The notes beneath the pieces were generated by a model. It worked only from the letters and a program-made list of their open reading frames with translations, had not been told where the DNA came from and did no database searches. A program made the position numbers and the translations under genes. A DNA stretch of 62,620 nt, counting the filler, from Globobulimina sp. (lineage: Eukaryota): assembly GCA_003354225.1 (NCBI GenBank). It is 30 parts of 30 records of this genome, joined end to end, with 100 filler letters (N's around TTAATTAATTAA, not from the genome) between each part and the next. Parts side by side here need not be neighbours in the genome. Positions count along the whole stretch, not along the records: positions 48,096 to 50,085 come from PIVH01009953.1; positions 50,186 to 52,175 come from PIVH01009954.1; positions 52,276 to 54,264 come from PIVH01009955.1; positions 54,365 to 56,353 come from PIVH01009956.1; positions 56,454 to 58,442 come from PIVH01009957.1; positions 58,543 to 60,531 come from PIVH01009958.1; 24 more parts are not named here. One strand, 5' to 3'. This document shows, in pieces, positions 48,451-60,631 of this stretch. Every line of letters starts with the position of its first letter. The first letter of the stretch is position 1.

Positions 48451-49147
48451 ACATAATGGCTTTTTAGGTGGATCGAATGACTGCTTATTTGAGCAGAATA
48501 TGTTTGAGATGTTATGCTACGAAGTAAGTGATTCAGGCGGATGGTATTCTGGACGGTCGTGGATTAACCGAGGCAATGTAATTAATAACAATACGTTTGT
48601 TAATTTACGAAATATTGAGAAAATTGTGTTAGGATCACCAAATGTTCAAGGCGTGTATTTGGATGATCAGATATCTGGACATAATGTGACAAATAATATA
48701 TTTGTAAATTGTCAAAGAGGAATACAACTGGGCGGTGGGAGGAGAACGCAAATTTATGGCAATCAGTTTGCTTCGGTTGACACCGCGGTGTCGTATGACG
48801 ACAGAGGCTTAACGTGGCAAAGCGCAGATTGTCAAGTTGGTGGCCAATTTAATAAACAGTTAGATTCTGTCAATTATAAAAATCCGCCATGGTATGTGTG
48901 TAATGTATGTGTCTGTGTATTATATATCAAATATTGTATAAATAGGTCAACACATTACCCGTATTTACCAGATATTTTTGAGCAGCAGCCATGTACGCCA
49001 GTATTTGATCGGATTACAAATAATGTGTTTTGCTGTGGAAAATCAAGCGGTTGTAAATTTATTGATGATTCAAGCGCAACTTGTCAATCATGGAATAGTA
49101 CGTGTATTAATAACACGCAAACATCATGGAGTAATAACTATTGTTAG
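48449..49147 (+). CDS. Right-handed beta-helix (pectin-lyase-like) protein C-terminus with an intron (about 48892-48946)
   Basis: PHNG...NDCLFEQN.F...CYEVSDSGGWYSGRSW..RGNVI..N.F, GVYLDD..SG, IQLGGGR. Confidence 0.8.
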   Translation, partial: PHNGFLGGSNDCLFEQNMFEMLCYEVSDSGGWYSGRSWINRGNVINNNTFVNLRNIEKIVLGSPNVQGVYLDDQISGHNVTNNIFVNCQRGIQLGGGRRTQIYGNQFASVDTAVSYDDRGLTWQSADCQVGGQFNKQLDSVNYKNPPWYVCNVCVCVLYIKYCINRSTHYPYLPDIFEQQPCTPVFDRITNNVFCCGKSSGCKFIDDSSATCQSWNSTCINNTQTSWSNNYC

Positions 49148-49387
49148 ATTCTGTGTGTTGTTATCATTTTATAAATAATGTGAGCTAAAAAAACATTTTG
49201 AGTAACGTTGGATCGAAATCCGATCACCAAACACACATGACCTGGGGAAGGCGTTATCCATTTTAACAACGCATTGTAATGTCACAAGAATCAAAAGTCG
49301 ACTTAGTTTGTAGAAATTTAGAGAAATATTATAAATATTTTAATCGAGATTATGATAAATTATTTAGTATATTTTGTGTAGACAGTT

Positions 49388-50085
49388 ATGTTGTGCTCTC
49401 ATTTTGCTTGCTCGATCTATCAACAGTTCAACAATCAACACATACATATTAACATTCGTTTAGATGGTATTGACGATGAAGGCTTGGGAAATGAACTCAA
49501 TGAGAAAGCATCAGACGCGATTATTATTGATTTTGACATTGACAATTTTCCATTCCCAGGAAATGCCCAAAATAAACCACAATTTATATTAGATTTACTC
49601 GAAAGATGCTATAGAGACCGGCACATTGTGCCAGTTGCACTCCCTACATGTTTGCTAATACGTTTTTTATTTTATTTTATTCACATTCGCATATATAAAT
49701 ATAATATAATAATGCAGTCAATTCAGATTTTTTCAACATAACAGCGAATGATTTAAATTCTATGAAACAAATTATGAAAACACAGTGTCCCAAATTATTT
49801 ACGCAAGCAATGTCTAACGACGACAATTTGATAAAACTTTTAGCGATTGGCTATAAAAATGAATTTGATTATTTTCATCATTTAGTAGACAGTTGGTTTC
49901 GTCACAAAATAAAAAACGAAACTTGTGAGCCAAATAAAGCAGCATTGCCCATATCAAATTGGATGGAAAATAACAAACATTTTGCCATGTTAAAAAAGAT
50001 CAAAGTAACACAGACTGAAACAGCATATGACGTGACAGCAGCTGCAGTAAATTCATTCTTCAACAGAATTTGTGATTGTTACAAT
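49388..50085 (+). CDS. Hypothetical multi-exon protein, 3'-partial
   Basis: Two ORF fragments separated by an AT-rich intron-like tract. Confidence 0.45.
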
Positions 50086-50185
50086 NNNNNNNNNNNNNNN
50101 NNNNNNNNNNNNNNNNNNNNNNNNNNNNNTTAATTAATTAANNNNNNNNNNNNNNNNNNNNNNNNNNNNNNNNNNNNNNNNNNNN

Positions 50186-51432
50186 TTTTAATGCGGGCTT
50201 GCAATAAATCTATGCATTGCCATCCTGTGGCAACTGTGATTTTAATTTATCCAAAACAAATCCACCAAATATCGATCCAGAAACACCCGCAAAAAATGTC
50301 AAAACACCAAAGGTCATGCCTGCTTTGCTAGAGCTCCATTTATAAACTTTCTGCAAATATGTAATGGCCTCAACGCCAAAGGTGCCAGTCACAAATGTCT
50401 GAAACGCATAGCCCAATGTGGTAAATATAAATGTTTTGTTGTTTACGACACGGCATATTTTATTAGAAATAGATCCATCGGAGATCTCTACATTTGTATT
50501 GTGTAATAATTCATCTTTTGCTCGTTTAATGGTCAACATATTTGATGGTTGTTTAATAACATACAATATGATACATAATGGCAACACAATGAATGTCTCG
50601 CTGATAAATATCGCTCTCCATGACTCGTTGCAGTCTGTTACATTTTCATCAACATACCATGATTCATTGCAATTATGTGTAATATATATGGACATATCCG
50701 CAATAGTTCCACCAACTGCGTATCCCATGGCATATCCTAAGGGTATGCCCATATAAAATGAACCCAGCCATAACGAACGAGACTTGTCTGGTGCGATTAT
50801 GTCAATTATTGTCCCTGCAAACGCTAAAAACGATGCTTCTCCAATTCCAGTTAGTAAACGAGCACCTTTTTACATATTATTGTTATAAAATGCGCAAAGA
50901 ATGTGTATGAGATGGAGCATAAACCTGCAATCCAAATGAAAGGGGATATAAACGAAGGATTTGGCCATCCGGTAAGGAATGCGCCAATGCACCATAATAC
51001 CATACCGATCGCACTCATTTTTAATGGCGGAAATCGTGAACCTAATATGGCAAATATTGGGCACGTAAAACAATATCCAAATAAGTAGCAAGATGCAATT
51101 GCGCCAGCTTTAAATGCATTGTCATTTAATAGTTGTTCTTGTGCATTATCCAAAGCCGCTGCTAATCCGCCACGATCATAATATACAAAAAACGCCAACA
51201 AAAACATTAAAGGTATTACTATATAATATTCCATATTAAATAATTTTTTTGATAAGCTCTCTGCAAAAATATGTGTTGGTTTTTGTGATTGTGATGGTGG
51301 AGATTGATTGTCGGCATAATTTAATGATATAGGTTCATTTGCATACTCTTCAGCTATTTGCATTCCAATCGAATGTGTATGTGCATTTACATTCAAATCA
51401 TTCACATATGGTTGTTCCAGTACGTTTGACAT
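50186..51432 (-). CDS. Spinster-like MFS transporter, 3'-partial (intron 50866-50924)
   Basis: VYYDRG, CPIFA.LG, GARLLTGIGEASF, WLGSFYMGIPLGYAMGY..GG, WRAIF. Confidence 0.9.
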
Positions 51433-51503
51433 TGTTTTCACTTAAATGCACAAACTGAAAAACCTGTTGTTCACTGACATTCAATTCATGTGACAAATGT
51501 GAA

Positions 51504-52175
51504 ATGTATTCGAATTTACATAAATGTTGGAAACTCACGCATGTTATAATAGGTCCACCAAACGCAGGCAAAACATTATTTTTCGAATATTTGACAAATG
51601 CACCTTTAGAAGAAAAATCTGAAAATAAGAAAAAAACGATATCAACACAAACATCAAAATTTTCAAATGGATATTATAGAAATTCACAGAGAGCACAAGC
51701 AACGATTGGAATGGATTTAGGAGTTCGTCATATTAAAGTCGATCAAAAACCGGTTACATTGAACATATGGGATACCGCCGGTATATGATATATAATATAT
51801 TTTGCTTTATATTTTTGTACATATTTTGTTTTAGGTCAGGATAAATATGAAACAATAACAAATCAATACTTTCGTAAAGCGGATATAATTTGGATCGTAA
51901 TTGATTTATTAGATGAAGATGGCATTGATTCGTTAAAAAGATATTGGATTCCCAGAGCGTTTGAGTATGCTACAAAGCCGCATGTACAGGCAATATTAAT
52001 TGGCAATAAATATGATATAATTCAACAAGTTTTGGCTGATCAGGACAATGCATATGGAGACTTAAAACAAAGTTATCACCAATCTATTGAACCGAAAATA
52101 AAACGATTAATCTCAAAATATAAGTTACCATACTTTCAAATGTCTGCTAAAAGTGGATACAATGTCATTGAAACG
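51504..52175 (+). CDS. Rab-family small GTPase, 3'-partial (intron 51781-51834)
   Basis: GPPNAGKT, ATIGMD, IWDTAG|QDKY, IGNKYD, MSAKSGYNV. Confidence 0.9.
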
Positions 52176-52275
52176 NNNNNNNNNNNNNNNNNNNNNNNNN
52201 NNNNNNNNNNNNNNNNNNNTTAATTAATTAANNNNNNNNNNNNNNNNNNNNNNNNNNNNNNNNNNNNNNNNNNNN

Positions 52276-52354
52276 ATGCGGGCCAGTGGGAAGTGGTGAA
52301 AGACTTGGCTGCTCGCAATGCCAATTTGGAAGTCAAGGAAAAGGATGGCATGAC
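52276..52354 (+). CDS. Ankyrin-repeat fragment of different origin abutting PheRS
   Basis: [26 protein letters not shown] fits the ankyrin consensus G..EVV..L...GA......K.G.T. Confidence 0.65.
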
Positions 52355-53447
52355 TTTTACAGCTTCGCAGCAAAACTTTTCAGTGCAATATTCACTGAAC
52401 ATACACACCATTGTATTCAACACAATATTTGCTTTGGTCAAATCCGTGGCAGTACATTCAATAAAAATATTCTTTGTTTGCTGGCTGATTTTGCTGTGTT
52501 CGCCATTGATTATGGGCGGTAACGACAAAACAGTGCCATTGCAATCATATATTATCGGATATACTGGCGATGCTTCGATTAAATGTAAATACTCTTTCAC
52601 TGCGCAGATGGTCTATGTACATAACAGAAACAATTAGAATGTAACAAAAACATTACAATATAACATACGTTTCCATTCACGTCTTGATAGCTTTTACTTT
52701 TATACCATGCAAATAATTGCTCCGCAGTCATTTCTTTTTCTTCTTTCAAAGCCTTAAATTTTATCTGTTGCGGCGGCTGCGCATCGAATAAAAATGGAGC
52801 TTGTATGGAGTCCAAATCATGTGTCCCAATCGCGACTAATTCGCGCTTGCGGCAAATATTGAAATGTAATTTTTCCTGTAATTGCATGAATGAGTCATAT
52901 TTTATATCATCCGATAAATCAATATTACGTAAGATTGCACCTACAGCAAAGGAACGTATTTTGTTGCAATTGGCTGATTTGACTGTAAATCGCATCATTG
53001 ATTTTTCATCGTCGACGTTAAGGATTGTATAATTTGGATGTTTCTCGCTACCGTCGAAGATACGTAATGCCCGCGTTAGGCCTTCAACGCACAATAAATC
53101 ATATCTATTGGCTGAGTATTGTATTTTTTGTTGGTTTGCTTTTATTTTTCGAGAAATTTCTGACGCATTGTTTGAATAAATATACCTGGAACGTCGATTT
53201 TGTATAATTGCTGAGTGTCTGCTGTTTTTAGCTCTGGGATTGCCTGTAGTAATTTCTTTTTATTTTTCTTGATTTTATCGGGCAATGAACCACCTTTTTC
53301 GTGTAGGATTTGCTCATATTCTGAGGTGACTTCGTCTAATTCAATACCAAAATCAAAACATAAATCGGCAAATTTTTGTCTTGAGAAACTATCATCTTTG
53401 CCAAGTCTCTCCAATAATAACTTGCGTTTGATTTCAACGGTTGGCAT
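52350..53447 (-). CDS. FARSB: Cytosolic phenylalanyl-tRNA synthetase beta subunit, 5' part, 3 exons
   Basis: [83 protein letters not shown]. Confidence 0.95.
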
Positions 53448-53644
53448 ACTTGTTTTATAAGTCAATCAATAATGACAATGGAAACAATTGTCACTGTAAT
53501 GTGAAAATCTTACTAAAGTTCATCAATGGCAGCCGCGTACATGGAAATGACATAGGAAAATCCCCTCAATTCTATCGACTGCTAAATTAAAAAAAATCAT
53601 TTTATATGATAAATATGAAAGTGTATTGTGTGTTGTGTACATGT

Positions 53645-54061
53645 TCATAGAATATTATTCAACGTTGGATCCAATAAAATCCGCGAGATGACTACATTCA
53701 TGATTTCGTTCGTTCCCTCCAATATCTGATGCACTCTACAATCCCGAACAAAGCGTTCAATTTCAAAATCTGCCAAATATCCATACCCTCCAAATATCTG
53801 CAATGCTCTGTTACAAATATCAAAGCCAGCATCTGTCACTTTTTTCTTTGCCATTGCACAATACATTGTTTTCTGCTCATGTTTATTATCATATTTATGT
53901 GCTGCGTCGCGTAACAATAACCTACTGCAATGTAACTCTGCTGCGAGATTCGCAATTTCAAATTGAATATTTTGAAAACCGGCCAAATTCGCATGTTCAA
54001 ACGTTTTCCGCTGTGTCAATGCGTATTTTATCGCATCCTCCAAACAGCGATGCGCTGCGCC
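53645..54061 (-). CDS. Acyl-CoA dehydrogenase C-terminal exon (isobutyryl-CoA dehydrogenase-like)
   Basis: YCAMAK, ALQIFGGYGYL, ERFVRDCRVHQILEGTNEIM. Confidence 0.92.
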   Translation of the reverse strand, partial: GAAHRCLEDAIKYALTQRKTFEHANLAGFQNIQFEIANLAAELHCSRLLLRDAAHKYDNKHEQKTMYCAMAKKKVTDAGFDICNRALQIFGGYGYLADFEIERFVRDCRVHQILEGTNEIMNVVISRILLDPTLNNIL

Positions 54062-54364
54062 TATATACAATACATACAAAACACATATCACATTATCTGC
54101 TCTTCCAATCAATTGCAATGACATTTAAATAAATATCAAATGGACTCATGCTGCGTTTGTTTGTTTGTTTGTTTTTTCAATCACTCTGTTTTTATGTATA
54201 AAATGTAGCAAAAACAGTAACATTGGAAAACAAAAACATAAAAAAAAAAAAACAAAGAATAAATNNNNNNNNNNNNNNNNNNNNNNNNNNNNNNNNNNNN
54301 NNNNNNNNTTAATTAATTAANNNNNNNNNNNNNNNNNNNNNNNNNNNNNNNNNNNNNNNNNNNN

Positions 54365-55605
54365 TGTCGATGTCGTGTCGGATACCTTTGGCATTGAAGG
54401 TGTTTTGCCACGGTTTTGTGATGGATAAGAATGGCGAGAAGATGAGCAAGTCCATTGGCAATGTGGTAGATCCCTTTAAGGTGCTAAACAAATATAATTC
54501 TGACTCTGTGCGCTATTTCATTTGCACGCAAACCACGTATGGCAGCGATATGCGATGGAATGAGGATGATTTGGAGAAGCGGCATGATGCGCATTTGGCG
54601 CATATTTATGGCAATTTGGTGAATCGAGCCATGAAATTGTGTAAGAAAAATAACAATGGAGCTATACCGTCGTATACAGCGTATACGGATATATTTAATT
54701 TAAATGAATTGATAAATGATACAGAGGTTGCATATAAAGAATATAATTTGTCGCATGCAGCAGAATTAGTGATGGATGCGTTGCGGAAATGCAATGATTG
54801 GATCACGAAAAAAGAGCCATGGAAGATGGGCAAGGGAGAGAATGAAAAATGCGAGAAATTGAAAATAATACGTTCGGTGCTGGAATGTATTTATATCTTA
54901 GCACATTTTATGGAGCCTTTTACGCCCAAAGCAGCGCAGCAAACGTTTAATGATTTGAATCATAATCAAATTACAATACAGCAGCTAAAAAGGAATCAAT
55001 TTAATAATCTGAGCCAAGGCAGGAAAGTGAAAATGGGAAAGGTTTTATTTGTGCAACATTCGAGGAAATTTGAGCGACAAATTTTGAATGCAAATAAGCC
55101 GATTATTGCCCGGATTGAGTTTAAAATTGGTAAGATTTTACAGATTGAAAACCATCCAAACGACGAGAGATTGTATGTGGAAACCATTGATTTGGGCGAG
55201 GCCAAAGCGAGGATAATTGTGTCGGGATTGGCCAAATATTATGAAAAAAAGGAATTGTTGAATGAGAAAGTGGTTGTTTTTGCAAATTTGAAATATTCGA
55301 AGTTTAAAGGAGTTGAATCGCAGGGAATGGTGATGTGTTGCACGGAGAAGGAAGACGGGAATGTGCGGCTTTTGGTGCCTCCCAAGGATGCAAAGATTGG
55401 AGAAGGATTAATGTGGAAAAATAGTAAAGACTATAAAGTTGATGAAAGGGTGAATATTGGCAAGAAAAATTCGTTTTGGAAAAAAGAAACTGTTGCGAAA
55501 TTATTGACCGATAATGAGGGGAATATGGCATTTGATAACGAGTCGTTTAAGACTGAAAATGGCCAACTCATAACTTCTCCATTTCAAAATGCACAGATAT
55601 CGTAG
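54365..55605 (+). CDS. MARS: Methionyl-tRNA synthetase C-terminal half with an EMAPII/Trbp111 tRNA-binding domain
   Basis: HGFV...KMSKSIGNVVDP, YGNLVNR, EPWK, HPNDERLYVETIDLGE..RIIVSGL, GVESQGMV. Confidence 0.95.
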
Positions 55606-55672
55606 TTGCTTCTTTTTGATCGGGTTAAATTTAAATTAATGATTAATTGCCACTAAACTTCAAATTATTCCA

Positions 55673-55966
55673 ATGCTTTCAACGGTGAGTTCCGCAAAAG
55701 CCAGGAAAATGAGTTGTATATTTTTAAAGTCAATCGTGTGTCTTGATTATGGAACGTTGATTAGGAATGCAAGCAATACGACTAACGGGAATAAACAGGG
55801 AAATACGCATCAAATGGATGCATTCATTCAATTGGAAATAAGATTAGCAAAGAAAAAACTGGCAAAACAAATGATTGAGAACCAGCAAAGCAATGACAAT
55901 AAAGCTAATGGCAATAGATTTGAGATTATAAGCAAACCACAAGAACCATTACCAGGTAAATTGTAA
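55673..55966 (+). CDS. Short hypothetical protein (probably spliced)
   Basis: ATG ORF ending at a GTAAAT donor-like site. Confidence 0.35.
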   Translation: MLSTVSSAKARKMSCIFLKSIVCLDYGTLIRNASNTTNGNKQGNTHQMDAFIQLEIRLAKKKLAKQMIENQQSNDNKANGNRFEIISKPQEPLPGKL

Positions 55967-56477
55967 TCTGTCATGCAATGAAACAGTTTACGTTTTGCAA
56001 TGCACAATAAAACATGCAGTTGAATGTTGTGGAGCAGATTGCCATAATTGTGTTTGGATCGATTACGCTGAAAAAATGATACGATATCAAGAATATATTG
56101 ATTTACAGAAATGAGATTAAAAACAGCTTAAATAAATCTTTTTGTTCGAACCGGGAAAGTCTGAACAGAGAAAGTCCGAACAGTGAAAGTCTAAATTGCT
56201 ATTTACATTTTATATGCCAACCAAGCATATATCTGTAAAAATAATAGCAATTTATTGTTCGGACCGTTCGACGTTAAATTTAAATTAAGAAAATCATCAA
56301 AAACTTTTAAGAATTCAAGTCATTGCCACATACGTCCGTAATGCTGTCAGTCTNNNNNNNNNNNNNNNNNNNNNNNNNNNNNNNNNNNNNNNNNNNNTTA
56401 ATTAATTAANNNNNNNNNNNNNNNNNNNNNNNNNNNNNNNNNNNNNNNNNNNNATCTACATAATAAAAAAAAAACTT

Positions 56478-57194
56478 TTAACCCACGTGTAGTTCATTTT
56501 GTGTTTTCAATAATTGTAATAAATACGTATCGACTGTATTCACTTTGTTTGATTGTCGATTTCTCATTGTATTATACTTGGCATTTTGCTCCAATATGAC
56601 TGAGCCAACACCAATATCATCTTTAATGTCACTATCATGATCACTTAAAATCTTTTCATCGTCATAGGCATTTACCGCATTTACCTTTTTTGGTGGTACT
56701 GAAAAATTATTTAACGCATTGGTATTTATATTCCATTCATTTAACATATTTTCATGCTGATTAAAAAATTTATCATATGGATATTTCTTCATTGCCATTT
56801 CTGAATATACTTCATTTGAATTATCTGAATAAACTTCATTACCATTTCCATATTCATCAGTAATGTTTACATGTAAATATGCATTTTTTAATGTGTCATT
56901 ATAATCTATTTTTACCTGCATGTAAGTAATGCTGTTAATTCCGTTGTAAAAAAGAATAAACAACTTAACATATGCAGCATTTTCCTCTTCCTTATTCTCT
57001 ACTTCAAGTTGTGTGATCATACATTTTGATTTAAAATTCGTTGATAAATGTTGCATTGGATCGCAATTTAATTTATTTAATTTAGGTTTCGCCACTTTCA
57101 TAGATGATGCCATACTTAATTGGAACATGATTAGAAGAAAGTAGAGTGAGTAAAAAATTTTCAAAATCATTGTCGTTTTTAGGAATTTCATCAC
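56478..57194 (-). CDS. Hypothetical protein with a signal-peptide-like N-terminus
   Basis: 238-aa ORF; internal NEVYSD/NEVYSE duplication. Confidence 0.55.
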   Translation of the reverse strand: MMKFLKTTMILKIFYSLYFLLIMFQLSMASSMKVAKPKLNKLNCDPMQHLSTNFKSKCMITQLEVENKEEENAAYVKLFILFYNGINSITYMQVKIDYNDTLKNAYLHVNITDEYGNGNEVYSDNSNEVYSEMAMKKYPYDKFFNQHENMLNEWNINTNALNNFSVPPKKVNAVNAYDDEKILSDHDSDIKDDIGVGSVILEQNAKYNTMRNRQSNKVNTVDTYLLQLLKTQNELHVG

Positions 57195-57322
57195 TTTAGA
57201 ACTTTGCAGACTGTATACAAATGAAATTATAGGGTAAGAAATGCGTTGCTGATTGGCAGAAGAATCGCAAAGTTCCTAAAATTAGTATAAAACAAAAATT
57301 CAATAAAAAATAAATGTTGTGT

Positions 57323-58442
57323 TTAAGAAGTGACCTCTATCAATACTTGAATAAATTGAGCCCACGACATTTTTTTTACATTATTGAAATCAAATGGAAA
57401 TGGATCATTTTTTTTTACGCAACTATATAATTTCCCCATTTTTGCTACTTTATCATTCATATTCGGAAATGCTGCATCTGATTTTAATTCATTTCTCCAT
57501 TTATCATATATTTCTTTATCATAATGATTCCAAAATTCGCTGCTTGATAGAAAACATGATGAATACAATGCTTTTGTACCACCCAATTCCACACAGTATC
57601 TATCAAAATATTGAAACATTGTCACCGTATCAAACCACGTTCGCTGTTTATTATTTAACATTATTTTTGGAACATAGCCATAAATACCAACATCCATTAC
57701 AAAATCATCCGTTTTATTTGGAACAGGAGCAAAAATATATGATTTATTTGGAACACCTTTAATATTCCTCATTCGAGCGGGGCAAAACCACATCATATCC
57801 CTCGAAAAATATCCATTCTCTCCTTTCATTAACTTATTTTCTAAAAAATCAACAGTTTTTGTTAAAGGCGGGCCATAATCGTGTGTGTGCCGGCGATAAC
57901 ATTTAAATTCTTCAGGTGTCAATGCCAACTGTACCCTTTTAAATGTCATCGCATTCGTACATGTCAACAATCCGCCAAACATCAATCGAATCAATAAATG
58001 CTCACTCGGCCTCTCAGCAATCTTTCCAAGAACTGGCACTTTGCACAATAACGCATCTAACTTAATGGGCAGATTCCAAAATACGCCTCGATCGTGGCGG
58101 AATAAATAATCACGAATATAAATATATTCTTCTTTTGATTGGGTGTCATTCTTTTTAAATAAATTGCAAATGTGAGCAAAATAATACATGTGATACCATG
58201 TACTCATATCAAATATTTTATTTTTATTAATTGTTTTACTTTCTTGTACTGATAAAATGTTACCAAAACAAGTCACAAATTTATTATTAAAATCTCTTAA
58301 TTTTAATCCTTCCACAAAATCATATAAATGATCATTTTCTGATTGGCAAACAAACACAAATTGATTTATAAATTGCGTCTTATTATCATACGGTTTATAT
58401 TCAATTCGAACTAATTGATTGGGACTGATTTCGATTAATTCC
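57323..58442 (-). CDS. FAD-linked oxidoreductase, Delta24-sterol reductase (DHCR24/DWF1)-like C-terminal domain, 5'-partial
   Basis: DYLFRHDRGVFW, MDVGIYG, GGTKALYS, EFWNHYD..Y..WR....AFPNMNDKV. Confidence 0.78.
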
Positions 58443-58542
58443 NNNNNNNNNNNNNNNNNNNNNNNNNNNNNNNNNNNNNNNNNNNNTTAATTAATTAANN
58501 NNNNNNNNNNNNNNNNNNNNNNNNNNNNNNNNNNNNNNNNNN

Positions 58543-58778
58543 ATTTTGGAGGGGCCATCGGCAAACAGCAGCGGCCACAGAATTGCTTGCACAATCAATG
58601 TGACAGCGCCTGCTGAGCCGCTTTGTGCCGCATCGACTACGTCAAACGTATATTCGCCACCCTGTGGTTTTGCTTGTGGCTCAAATGTGAGGGTCTGGGA
58701 ATTGAGATCATTCCCGGTAACATTTGCCCCACAAATAGCGGCGACTGCTTGAACGGCCGTTACATGCTGTGGGCGTAA
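58543..58778 (-). CDS. rtcA: RNA 3'-terminal phosphate cyclase fragment, prokaryotic type
   Basis: Manual translation LRPQHVTAVQAVAAICGANVTG..LNSQTLTFEP...GGEYTFDV...GSAGAVTLIVQAILWPLLFADGPS; GC-rich relative to the rest of the contig. Confidence 0.9.
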
Positions 58779-58779
58779 T

Positions 58780-60152
58780 TGCCTTATTTATATTATTTTT
58801 CTATGAATTGTTGAATTTCTTATTGGCAAATGATTATTATTCGCACCTTCCATCGCCACTCGATTCATGTACGGATTACATCCGCTTTACATTCATAACC
58901 TTTGTATTTGTGAAATATGCGATCATATTTTGCATAGTATTAAACCTATCATTTATAAATCAAAATCCTTTCATTAACCCACGTTACAAATACATTGGCA
59001 AACGATCCAGGTATCCATTAACGCCATGCATCAAATACATTGCTTGTAACCGATATATATTTGCTACACAGAATTCGATTGAGAAATTTTTTCAAAATAC
59101 TTATAGTGGCTGTTGCGCTGTTTTGTATTGCCGGAATATACGGAGCATGGACTAATGCTGCAACGGAACAGTATGAAGCATCGCCAAATAACTTCAAATA
59201 TTGCACACAAACATTTACTGTTTCTACGTTTTTCTTTACATTCGGTGGTGATATATTGGGAGTTGCTCTTTATTCCTTTTTATTTGGTCGTAATGCGTGC
59301 GAGTTGTGTCGACGCAAAGTGAAACCGAGCCAGATGCATAAATATGGTGAAGGAAACTTAAGGTATTTGAATATTTTGAATTATATAATTTAACATCGAC
59401 TTTATTTTCATTGTAAGCGATGTTTGCGAGTATGATGACGACAAACTTGGCGACCATAACAGAATCAGCTATGATTTGGACGATCCAATACGTAGTAAAT
59501 TGAGCAGCCAGAATAAAATATATTCAATAAATACGGACGCAAAAAGTACAACTACGAAAAGCACAAAAAAAGGTGAGTATTCTACAGATAGTTTAATATT
59601 GAATGTTGGTGATGATTGCGATGATGATTATGTTGCAAAAATGAATAAAGATAAAGTTACATTGAAGCATATCAGGTATGTGGTACTGTACTGTACGCCA
59701 TGATATATTAATATATATATATACTTAGACAAGCATCAATGATTGAGGCTGAAGAGCTTATTTCAGAGGAAGAAGTTCGAGGAATACGGGAACAGAAAAG
59801 GGTATTACAGTTAGTTTGGATAATGTTGATTTGTTATTGGTTGAATGTTTTACTGATTATATTTTTTGGTTTATTTGAGAACGTTTCATGTTTAACATTA
59901 ATGATAACAACAACATGCATAATGTTAATGAATGATTATGAATTTGGAAGCACGTACTGGCAATTTAGAAAATGCATTTGTAGAGTTGGTGCATGCTTAT
60001 GTTGTGTTTGTAGGAGAACATATTTTTGTAACGACTGTTTTTGTGGACATGAAAAGGTGCACAAAGACCATTTCAATCCAGTAAAGGGACGCAACAACAA
60101 GTTTGATGACGATATTATTACCAGTGAACATAAACAATTTGTTAGACTCTAA
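58780..60152 (+). CDS. Multi-exon polytopic membrane protein, 5'-truncated
   Basis: Hydrophobic ORF fragments (58769, 59040, 59476, 59739) separated by GT-AG intron-like tracts. Confidence 0.55.
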
Positions 60153-60259
60153 TAAACAAATACACAAAGTTTGTATATAATTAATTATTAAAAAGTGTGC
60201 TTGTTTGATGATTCAATTCAATCAACTTTCTTGAGTGAGCAGAATGAACTCAACAAAAA

Positions 60260-60343
60260 GATAAGTTGTATACATTTGATGCAATTATCTGAGAAACGCT
60301 TTGCAAATCCAGAAACGGTTTGCTATAGATTTGTCTTGCGTTT
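60260..60343. repeat. 84-bp dispersed non-coding element, copy 2
   Basis: 79/84 identical to 20923-21006. Confidence 0.92.
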
Positions 60344-60631
60344 CTTCTGAAATTGCTCCAAACTAAAAAAGTGTCCACCATTTATGCAACTAAGTTTTGA
60401 TCAATTCCTGAATTTTGGGAAGGAAAATAGGTTAATAATAAAATGTTAAAGGTAACATTTAACTTTTTGCTTTTCAGTTTGAAATTACTGTTTTTTACTG
60501 TAAACTCTTTGAATTTACAGTTTTTTACAGANNNNNNNNNNNNNNNNNNNNNNNNNNNNNNNNNNNNNNNNNNNNTTAATTAATTAANNNNNNNNNNNNN
60601 NNNNNNNNNNNNNNNNNNNNNNNNNNNNNNN

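Noticed and set aside
60470-60531. TTTTTTACAG/CTGTAAA repeats resembling a DNA-transposon end
   Set aside because: Too short and cut by the contig end; no partner terminus is visible.
1994-60631. Regularly spaced identical TTAATTAATTAA motif that could suggest a repeat array
   Set aside because: It is an N-padded artificial linker with stops in six frames; ORFs ending in X...LIN are artefacts of it.
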